A stretch of 63,287 nucleotides of DNA, filler included, from an uncultured Methanosarcinales archaeon (GTDB lineage Archaea; Nanobdellota; Nanobdellia; Woesearchaeales; JAGLXL01), in the NCBI GenBank assembly GCA_964472345.1. It is 6 parts of 6 records of this genome, joined end to end, with 100 filler letters (N's around TTAATTAATTAA, not from the genome) between each part and the next. Parts side by side here need not be neighbours in the genome. Positions count along the whole stretch, not along the records: positions 23,960 to 35,560 come from CAYYLB010000042.1; 5 more parts are not named here. One strand, 5' to 3'. A program made the position numbers and the translations under genes. The notes beneath the pieces were generated by a model. The model ran no database searches and was not told the origin of the DNA. It saw only the letters and a list, made by a program, of their open reading frames with translations. Below are positions 23,960 to 32,274 of this stretch, one piece after another. Numbering within the stretch: the first letter of the stretch is position 1; each line of letters begins with the position of its first letter.

Positions 23960-26434
23960 GGGGGCACGACGAAACGCTCCCTTCGGTCGAACATTAGAAT
24001 AATAACCTAAATCTTCTCTCTTAGTAAAATCTTTGATTTCAGTAATAAACTTACTTTCCGAGCATTTTTGAGAATACATAATTACTTCTTCTTTTGCCCT
24101 CATAACCGCAACGTAAAATAATCTTCTCTCCTCTTGTTCTCTCAATCCATCATTATTTTTTATTGCTGGTTGGAAAATATCCGGATTTTCTAATTCACAT
24201 GGAAAACCGTATAAGTCTTTATCAACATTCAATATCAGAACAATTCTAGCTTGTAACCCTTTACTTTTGTGAACTGACATAATATGGACGCAATTAGGTT
24301 TATCCGCTTCTTCAGAAATAGGAATTCCTTGTTTTTGAGCGTACTCACTAATAAAATTTCTTAGTTTAGGTTTATTTGCAATTCTAAGAAGAATCATAAA
24401 TTCGTCATAGTGATAATTCTTTGTTGTATGATACCCTTTTATGGTGTCAAGACAATGTTTTGCAATTTGCTCGTAATATTGACTAAAGAACTTCTTTTGG
24501 TGTTTTGAAGAATAAACAAGAATAGGTTTTGATTCTTCAGAATTGGAAACCGTTTTCTTTTTAATTTGACCATCTTTATTGTTTTTTATTATACAAGCTC
24601 CAACTTCTACAATAGATTTTATGCTTCTATAATTTTTTGTTAAATCTGTTCTTGCTGGATTGGAGAAATACTTATCAAAATTTATGAAAAAATCAAGATT
24701 AGAACCCGCAAAACCCATGATGCTTTGCCAGTCATCTCCAACACAGAAAAGTTTACAATTTTTATTCTTACTCATCAATTCTTTGATTAATTCATATCTT
24801 TGTGTGCTAATATCCTGATATTCATCTATAAGAATATGATCGTATACGTCTTTGTAAAACTCTCTATTATCTTTTAGATAATCAACAGCAAGATTAATCA
24901 TATCAGAAAAATCAATATGATTATCTTTCTCTAACCCTTTTTGATATTTAACATAGATTACATTGGCAATTTTGGCAAAAGAGGTTTGTTTAGGAGACCA
25001 TTTTTCTTTATTTAGTCTGTTTTCTATATCGGGTGGGTACAACCTGTAAGTTTTTGCGATAACAATAAATTTGGAAATATTAATCGAGATTGTTTTTACA
25101 AACTCTTTACATTCTTCCCAAACACGCTCTACTAACTCAGTATAGGAAATTATATTCAAATTAAATTTCTCATTTGGTTGTTTCTCTTTTAGAACTTTAA
25201 TGAATCTTTCCTCTAATACTTTATATAAAACATTTCTTTCAAAATCAGCTTGTGAGGTTTCAAATAGTGATTTACTGTTTGACTTATACTTTTCTTTCTT
25301 AATATTCATAGTTTTTATGTATTCTTTAGTGGGATTATCCCCAGAAAACCACTTTGGAACTTGCCCATTTTTACCTATTGCCCAATGTTCTAAATATAAG
25401 TCAAAATCAGGGAAATAAAAATCAGGTTTTGGGGTATATTCTTTTCTATCACTATCTTTATATTTCATCCATTCCGCTGGATTCTCATAGATTACATTTA
25501 TTTTTTTCCCATTCAAGTTGTGCATTAAAAAGAAATTCAAAATCTCTCTTTCGGATTCACTTTTAACCTTTGTACCGTCTAAAGCAGTATAATTTAGACT
25601 TCTTTGATAATTATAGAACTCTTCTTTTTTCTCAAAATCAGCTTCTTCTTTGACGAGTTGGTCATCTCCATAACGCTTCATAAAATTAATGATTTCATTT
25701 TGCAACTCTTTATTATCAGCAATCTCTTTGTCGAATATTTTTTGAATATATCTTTGATATTTCCAATCTTCTGAACATTCTGGTTTCAGTTTCGGTGCTT
25801 CTCCACTTTTAACTTTATGAACATCTTCAATAATTTTTTTACCTAATGAGTGGAATGTTCTGATTTCTACATCAGCATTATATCTCTTTTGCAGACGTTC
25901 TTTCATTTCATTAGCTGCTTTGTTTTGAAAAGCTAGAGCTAAGATTCTAATTGGTTTAATGGTGTCCGATTTTCTTTTAATAAGATAAGCTATTCTTGTA
26001 ATCAAGACTTCTGTTTTTCCAGAACCTGCTCCAGCTACAACTAAATTGTGTTTATCATCAGTAATAATTGCGGTTTGTTGGTCATCATCTAAAACGAGTT
26101 TTTCTCGTTTAAACAAGTTTTTATACTCTTTTTTCTTTTTATTTACAAATTCAGGATTATAATTTGTTATATTTTCATCGAACTTTTCTAGTTTATTAAG
26201 ATTATTTTGTAAGTTAGACTTTAATCCAAAATCCCAAAATAAATACCATGGAATCTTTATTTGCGTGTTGCCTTCTTTTATCAGATTTAACAAATTTGCT
26301 TTAAAATCGTATATCAAGTAAGTATCTTTTTTGATAAATGAACCCCATTCTTTTTCTAATCTATTAACTGCCATATTAGAATGTCTAATAATTTCCTCTT
26401 CTTTCTTATTTATGAAATTTCTAATAAGTCCCAT
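23960..26434 (-). CDS. UvrD-family superfamily 1 helicase (helicase IV-like), AT-rich, stop lost at contig end
   Basis: GAGSGKT, DEYQD, VGDDWQSI, NYRS, HKSKGLQ and EERRLFYVAVMRAK motifs. Confidence 0.9.
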
Positions 26435-26609
26435 TATGATATGATATTCACAATCTATTTAATAAATCTTGTTCTTGATAGCTCACTTTGTTCGCTGGAT
26501 TGAAACGACTGCCACTAAAATTTAACTCTTCGGTTTTCGGCTTCGCCGACCGTTGCACTAAACCTCGTTCCTTTGGAAGCGTATAACAAGAATTCTATAA
26601 GTTGTCGGT

Positions 26610-26692
26610 ATTTGGTTAGCACCTTCGAAATTCCTTCGACACCCCTGATGATTGGCATTGAAGGAATGTCGACCTAGGGGTGCTGAACAAAT
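26610..26692. mobile_element. Short MITE-like inverted-repeat element, type A (short copy)
   Basis: ATTTGGTTAGCACC...GGTGCTGAACAAAT ends and internal TTCGAAATT / GAAGGAATGTCGA shared with 31494-31806. Confidence 0.6.
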
Positions 26693-26742
26693 GCGAAGCG
26701 TTTATATACATCCCCCTCCTGAACGACGGGGAGTGAAAAACC

Positions 26743-26916
26743 ATGCTCATCGTCAAGGCGCAGATCAAAGAAACGGTCAAGGCCTGCGGCCACAACCTTG
26801 ATGTTTCCGCCGATTTCGCAGAAAAGCTCAACCAGAAGGCCGTCGAACTCGTCAAGGACGCATGCGTGCGTGCCACTCAAAACGGCAGAAAAACGGTCAT
26901 GGCGAAGGATCTCTGA
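26743..26916 (+). CDS. Small histone-fold protein (57 aa, short-alpha3 type)
   Basis: Manual translation MLIVKAQIKETVKACGHNLDVSADFAEKLNQKAVELVKDACVRATQNGRKTVMAKDL; RKTVxxxD histone motif; TTTATATA at 26701 and GGAGTGA SD upstream. Below the ORF-track cutoff. Confidence 0.85.
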   Translation: MLIVKAQIKETVKACGHNLDVSADFAEKLNQKAVELVKDACVRATQNGRKTVMAKDL

Positions 26917-27861
26917 TCATCGTCTCACGCGGAAAAGCCGCTTCAGGAAACTGCCCAGCGGATGCTCCTGCTCTGGCCTGTTCATCCCGGGAGGCGGCGG
27001 AATCTCCGGCAGCGGCGGGGACGGATCCTCCTGCGGCCGCCCTGCCGGCGAAGCGGACACGGGCTTCTCCTTGAACAGAGGGAACTCCACAGGCCCTTTC
27101 GTTTGCTGCATCGGCGGGGGAAACAGCATCCGATGCTGCTCCGAAGAAGGAAGCGCAGCTGGCGGCGGAAGCGGCGTGCCAGGAAATGCAGCGCTTTCTT
27201 CAGCTTCAGGTTTTTGCTTTTCCGCTGCGGGCACCGCACTCCCGCCGCGCTTTCCCGCGAGCGCGAGCTTCTTCGCAAACAGCCTCTGCCGCAGCTCGTC
27301 AAGCCGCTGGTCGATTGTCCGCAGGTAGTTCTGATCGACATCGCGCTCCTGCCGCAGCTCGCCAGCGCGCTTCTCAAGCGCTGCGATGCTCTTCTCCACT
27401 GCAAGAATCTCCTGGAAATTCCGGTCAATATTGCTCTTGATCCTCTGCTCAAGCTCCTCGACGCGCCGGTCGTGGCGCTCCTTCATGCTCACATAGGTAT
27501 CGACGCGCGCCCCGAGCTCGCCGATGAGAAATTCAATGCGGCCGAGGCGCCTTCGCAGCTCATCAGAGCCGGATAACGCAAGCTGCTCCCGGAGCTCATG
27601 GATCTGCCTCTGCAGGGAAACCGTGTCAATGCGCTCCTTGCGCAGCAGGGTCTGCTCAAGCCGCAGGATCCTCGTAAGCTGCTGCTCAAGCATGGTGCAG
27701 GCCTCATTCAGCTCAGGGTGCTGCGCACGGGCGGACAGCGCTTTCATCCGCTGCACGTGCTCAAGAATCTGCTGGTGCTGCATCGTGCTTTCACGCCGCG
27801 GATCACGCGCATCCGCTGCCTGCGCAAGGTGCCGGGCCAGATGGAGCGCACGGGAAGCCAT
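26917..27861 (-). CDS. Coiled-coil hypothetical protein with Pro-rich C-terminus
   Basis: 314-aa ORF with heptad-like Leu/Glu/Arg pattern, directly downstream of 27864..28421. Confidence 0.65.
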   Translation of the reverse strand: MASRALHLARHLAQAADARDPRRESTMQHQQILEHVQRMKALSARAQHPELNEACTMLEQQLTRILRLEQTLLRKERIDTVSLQRQIHELREQLALSGSDELRRRLGRIEFLIGELGARVDTYVSMKERHDRRVEELEQRIKSNIDRNFQEILAVEKSIAALEKRAGELRQERDVDQNYLRTIDQRLDELRQRLFAKKLALAGKRGGSAVPAAEKQKPEAEESAAFPGTPLPPPAALPSSEQHRMLFPPPMQQTKGPVEFPLFKEKPVSASPAGRPQEDPSPPLPEIPPPPGMNRPEQEHPLGSFLKRLFRVRR

Positions 27862-27863
27862 CG

Positions 27864-28421
27864 TTATTTTTTGAACAGCCCCCCGAAGAGGCGTTTTTTC
27901 TCTGGGGGCGGCGGCAGATCAGGGCCTCGCCGCGGCGGCAGGGGCATGCGTGACGGCATGCGCGGAGCCTGCTGCTGCAGATCCTCGGGAAATGGCGGCT
28001 CGTCAATGGCAGGCAGCGGCTGCGGGAACGGAGGGCTCCGCGGCGGAGACATCATGCGCTGCGGCGGCGCCGGGCGGGGCACGCTCATCTTGCGGTTCAT
28101 CTCCTCGACCATGTCCGCGATCGCCACGATGGCTTTCGCGATCTGCGTGTTTTGCCCGCTCACCTCGATGAGCCTTGCGAGAATATCCTGATGGGCCTTG
28201 CCCTCATGGGCGCTGTCCTCTTCGGTCTTCATCTCCTGCAGCGCGCCCTGAAAAACGCCCTGGAGCTGCGCAATCGACTTCTGCAGCCCTGCGATGGAGG
28301 CAAGAAGCTCCTTTTGCGGCTCTTCAGGCTTGCTCAGCTTATCTTTCAGCGCCTGCACCTCATCGCGCAAGTCAGCAAGAATCTTGTGGGGGATAATCTC
28401 CCAATTCTCGTCATCAGGCAT
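27864..28421 (-). CDS. Coiled-coil hypothetical protein with Pro-rich C-terminus
   Basis: 185-aa ORF (WEIIPHKILADLRDEVQALK...KKRLFGGLFKK); GGTGA SD; TTTATAAA upstream. Confidence 0.7.
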   Translation of the reverse strand: MPDDENWEIIPHKILADLRDEVQALKDKLSKPEEPQKELLASIAGLQKSIAQLQGVFQGALQEMKTEEDSAHEGKAHQDILARLIEVSGQNTQIAKAIVAIADMVEEMNRKMSVPRPAPPQRMMSPPRSPPFPQPLPAIDEPPFPEDLQQQAPRMPSRMPLPPRRGPDLPPPPEKKRLFGGLFKK

Positions 28422-28827
28422 GGAAGCTCACCATCTTTCTGTCGTCAAGAGTGCTGTTATGTTTATAAATGTTATGGAAGTTGAGCGGAGGGTGTTTTGG
28501 GGGTTTCACGAGCACATGCAGCGGTTATTTCCGGCGAGCTGGTGCGCAGCCGATGCCCGGACGTCACGGGCGGACAGGGGTTTGCAGCGGGGCAGGCCAG
28601 GCGCTGTTGGTGGGAACAAGAAATGATCGTCAAAGCCATGGCAGGAGAATGCCGCGGGCGCACGGGCGAGAGCGTGCCGCGAGCCTCAACAACGAGCCAG
28701 AGACGGCTTCACCGTTATCGCACCGGGGGGCTGAGCTACCAACTGCCCTACTGACCGGCGGTTTTTGACATATTCCTAATCTACAGTTACCATTACTTAA
28801 TCACCTCCATTAACCACCATTCTTAAA

Positions 28828-30258
28828 TTATGCATTATCGAATAGGCCGGATAGTTGTTCAAGGTCTATCAATATGATTCTCTTTTCTTTAGCATACTTG
28901 GCAAAATCAGGCAGGAATCCGCTTCGGGAAACTACAAACATTATGATCTGGCCGCTATATGGCAAATTCTTGATCCTGCTTTGAAAAACATTGAATTCTG
29001 TAAAGCCGTATCCCTCTCGGGTATATTTGACATCAGCGACATAAGTAGTTCTAGATTTCTCGTGACGAGACACAACGTCGATATCGCCAGTGTCTGTGCT
29101 ACCGCCTTTACTTGGCCACCAGCTGCCAATCTCATCAAAAAGCATGGGCACGCCGAGTATATCCCGTCCTTGATAGAGCCTAAAAAGTTCGCGAACTATG
29201 TTCTCAAAGATGCGGCCAGTGAATGAATGTAGTTGATCTTGAATGAGGTTATGGATATCTTTTGTATTGCCCATCTCAATAGAACTTCTGTGAGGAAATA
29301 CAAATTTAAACCAGAACCTAAAAAAATTGTCGCTAACTTCATATCGGGCATTCTTTTTCTTGCCGCCCATAGGATCTGCGGGTTCAATCAAATCCAGTCT
29401 TTCATGCAACTTGTGCAGGTAGTTTGGTAGTTGCTCTATTTGGATTCCAGTTGCATGAGCAATGTCCGGGAGTTTGAGGTCACCTTGGGCTATTACCTTC
29501 AGGATTGATACATATCTAGCCGGCTCCCTGATTCCTTCAATGTCAAATAACTCATCAGCTTCTTTTGCTAGGGTAGATTGCGGTTTAACTATAAGCTCCA
29601 TTATTGCCTCATCAAGTTTTTTACCTTCCAGATAATCTATCCTGATATAATGGGGGGTTCCACCAAATACTGCATAATGCTCGATAATATCCTGTTCGGG
29701 ATCACCCTTGAATACTTCACGGAAGTCCACGTATCTGAATGGAGAGAGCTTTATATCATGAGTTATTCTTCCGTAAAGCGGCCCGTTCTGGTTGGTCATG
29801 CGGTCCATCATCCCTATCGAGGACCCCACAATTATTATCATAATTTTTGAATTCTCTAATTTGGGGTCTGTCCCCCATGCATGCTGTAGCCGCGTGAGGA
29901 ATATCGACTTTGCGTCCATGAAACGTGGCGCTTCATCGATAACAAGAACAAACCTATCTTGGGATTTCGTTGCTATATAATCAAAGAAATCATCCCAGCG
30001 GTTAATTGCTACTTTATCACCAAGTTGCCGCTCTATTGCATCTGAGAGCGTTTGATAATATATTTTATCTTCCGTTTTGTCAACGTAATAATAGAGATAA
30101 GTTCCTTGAGGAAGATCTTTAAGAAATCTAAGAATTAACCCAGTTTTACCAACTCTTCTTCTTCCGTAGACTTTAATAAAAGCGGCATTCTTCGTTTTGT
30201 GAATGGTTTTTAGATTCTCGAGCTCTTTCTTCCGATCCCAAAATGATTCTTTTAGCAT
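28828..30258 (-). CDS. Archaeal AAA ATPase (ATPase_2 plus DUF234/nuclease-like C-terminus), AT-rich
   Basis: FWDRKKEL, VYGRRRVGKT, LVIDEAP, GGTPHY, DNFFRFWFKFVFP, GRIFENIV, GSWW and DIDVV motifs. Confidence 0.88.
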   Translation of the reverse strand: MLKESFWDRKKELENLKTIHKTKNAAFIKVYGRRRVGKTGLILRFLKDLPQGTYLYYYVDKTEDKIYYQTLSDAIERQLGDKVAINRWDDFFDYIATKSQDRFVLVIDEAPRFMDAKSIFLTRLQHAWGTDPKLENSKIMIIIVGSSIGMMDRMTNQNGPLYGRITHDIKLSPFRYVDFREVFKGDPEQDIIEHYAVFGGTPHYIRIDYLEGKKLDEAIMELIVKPQSTLAKEADELFDIEGIREPARYVSILKVIAQGDLKLPDIAHATGIQIEQLPNYLHKLHERLDLIEPADPMGGKKKNARYEVSDNFFRFWFKFVFPHRSSIEMGNTKDIHNLIQDQLHSFTGRIFENIVRELFRLYQGRDILGVPMLFDEIGSWWPSKGGSTDTGDIDVVSRHEKSRTTYVADVKYTREGYGFTEFNVFQSRIKNLPYSGQIIMFVVSRSGFLPDFAKYAKEKRIILIDLEQLSGLFDNA

Positions 30259-30361
30259 TTATATTCACAATATTAGATATATAATATTTAGTATATAAAT
30301 GTTTCGCTAATACAGGATATATAATATCAAAAAAATATATAAATAACATCAAGATATTATA

Positions 30362-30716
30362 TCATCTTTCTTTCCTCAAGCAGTCATTTCCTGATGGGCT
30401 TATCTTTCTGTTTACCCAAGTACGCAAGTGTGCACCCGGCAAGAGCGAAATCACGCGATCCATCGAATCGAACGTCATGCCGGTTTCAAACGTGATACCG
30501 TCGATAGCGGCTTCCTCTTTGATGACGCGGAAGCGGTCATCGTACCTGTATTTGAATGTGTAGTTTGCGCCGGTGATGTTTGATAAGGTGCCGAAGAACT
30601 GCTGGTCGTAGCCGAATGAGATATTCAAAGAGGATGAACTTTTGTTTGCAACTCGGTTTAAAGAGTCATACACCGGAGTGATGACGCTGCCGCGGCTGTC
30701 GTTTTGCTTGATTAGC
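30362..30716 (-). pseudogene. RHS/YD-repeat gene remnant
   Basis: LIKQNDSRGSVITPVYDSLNRV...YDQQFFGTLSNI...YRYDDRFRVIKEE...FDSMDRV YD-repeat periodicity; about 100 aa, no RHS core end or toxin. Confidence 0.65.
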
Positions 30717-30754
30717 TTGATTAATAACCAGAGGTAGATAAAAAAAAGAAAATC

Positions 30755-31066
30755 TCAAGAAATCTCATTGACGAGCTTCTTGAGGACGGAATCCACCCCC
30801 ACAAAGACGTTGTGCTCAATCGCGCCTGCCGGATAGACCGTGCCGTCGTCGAGCACCTGGCCGTGCAGCTCGAACTTCTTCGCCAGCTCACCGGTCTGAT
30901 GCAGCGGCTTCAGGCGCAGCTTCAGGCCGCTGAAGTTCCTGCACATGCCTTCCATGCGGCGGACGTAGTTGCCGACAATCTTCTTGACGACGACCATCTC
31001 GCCGCCGTCGAGCACATTAAACCCCGCAAGCTCGATGTTGCCCCCGAGCCGGATCGAGTCTTCCAT
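30755..31066 (-). CDS. Standalone HPF/RaiA-like (ribosome hibernation fold) protein
   Basis: MEDSIRLGGNIELAGF...KKIVGNYVRRM...LKLRLK...KFELHGQV...HNVFVGVDSVLKKLVNEI fits the beta-alpha-beta-beta-beta-alpha HPF pattern; GGTGA SD before ATG 31066. Confidence 0.5.
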   Translation of the reverse strand: MEDSIRLGGNIELAGFNVLDGGEMVVVKKIVGNYVRRMEGMCRNFSGLKLRLKPLHQTGELAKKFELHGQVLDDGTVYPAGAIEHNVFVGVDSVLKKLVNEIS

Positions 31067-31262
31067 GCCCTCACCCCGCAGGAGGACAGCTGCTTCAAGA
31101 ATGAAAACGCCAACCAACCCCCGTTCCTGCTCTTTATGCAAGGGTATGCAAATTTATAAGGTTTTGCCATTTTGGTGAAGATGTTTTGTATACTAAGGTC
31201 TTTTTCACGCAAAAGGGTATATGGGTTTGGGCGCTTTTAACCGCGGCCCGGGATTTGGCGGA

Positions 31263-31415
31263 GGTGAAAAAGTCGGGCGCCAAGAATCTCTGAGCGAGCG
31301 GGCGGAACTCGTAAGAGGCGTGAGTGACGCTTTTCCAACAGGAGAAGAGAGCAAGCAGCAAGCTTTGGGAAACCTCCAGAAAAGCGCGAGCGAAGAGGCG
31401 CCGGACTTTTTCATC
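31263..31415. mobile_element. MITE-like element, type B (copy 1)
   Basis: TIR GGTGAAAAAGTCGGGCGCC / GGCGCCGGACTTTTTCATC; inverted homologous copy at 43762-43913. Confidence 0.75.
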
Positions 31416-31493
31416 GGAGTCCTGGGTGGCGTCCACGAAGTGCCCTTCTGCCGCGTTTGCCGCATCATGGCTTCAGCAAAAAGAAGAAAAAAG

Positions 31494-31806
31494 GTATTTG
31501 TTTAGCACCTTCGAAATTCTGGCCGATCTCATCGACGGGGCTGTAAGGTCACTCCGCTTCGCTGCGTTCCTGAGTTCCTGCAAGCCGGAACCGTCCCCGT
31601 ATGGGGTGCTGAGCAATCCGCGATTGCTGGCACACCGCTCGCTCCGCTCAGGTGCATCCCCCCGCGACGCCCTCGATAATCTGCGCCGAAGGAATGTCGA
31701 AAACCGCAGGTCAACTGACCGGCGGTTTTTGAGCACACCGGGATTCCACCGGCGTGTTCACCGGTGGAATACCCAGTGTTTCGACCTTAGGGTGCTAAAC
31801 AAATAC
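31494..31806. mobile_element. MITE-like element, type A (long copy) with a nested hairpin module
   Basis: Perfect 16-bp TIR GTATTTGTTTAGCACC / GGTGCTAAACAAATAC; internal module flanked by TCGA (31697-31700 and 31781-31784). Confidence 0.7.
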
Positions 31807-31824
31807 GAAAAAAGAGAAAAGAAT

Positions 31825-32094
31825 CTAGCAGTGGTGCCCGTGCGCCGGACAGCTCATGCTCTTCCACTTGCAGAGCTTTCCTACCCACAGCACGAGGAAC
31901 GCGACCGCATACCACACAAGCACGGCAAGCCAGTTTGCGTTTCCTGAACCGCTGCTCCACTGGGCCTGAAGGCCTTCAATGAGAACCCAGAAGCCGACAG
32001 CGAATATGACGACCGCAATAAGCATCCAGGCGGCGTTCTTTGGGCCGCAGACGCACTTGGCACCCTCTTTCATGCCCATCTCTTTCTTTGCCAT
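31825..32094 (-). CDS. Small two-TM membrane protein with Cys/His-rich termini
   Basis: GAGGTGA SD before ATG 32094; two hydrophobic segments; CVC and CPAHGHHC. Confidence 0.7.
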   Translation of the reverse strand: MAKKEMGMKEGAKCVCGPKNAAWMLIAVVIFAVGFWVLIEGLQAQWSSGSGNANWLAVLVWYAVAFLVLWVGKLCKWKSMSCPAHGHHC

Positions 32095-32274
32095 GACTAT
32101 CACCTCAGGCGCGGGGAAGGTGTTGGGGTTTTTAAGGTTTTGGTTTGGGAATATTGTTTTCGATATGGAAACATAATAAGGGACTTGCGGCGATTGAGAG
32201 CAGCGCAATGTTCCGCGGGGCTGAGCAGCACGGACGGTGCACTTGGCAGGATGCAAAGATGTCCATTTCGTTAC

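Noticed and set aside
26480..26610. Integron attC site upstream of the AT-rich helicase (GTATAAC...GTTGTC)
   Set aside because: The spacing is too short, there are no convincing L boxes, and no integrase or second site is visible.
28490..28750. ncRNA or small gene in a GC-rich intergenic stretch
   Set aside because: No recognisable RNA motif and no ORF with a convincing start or composition.
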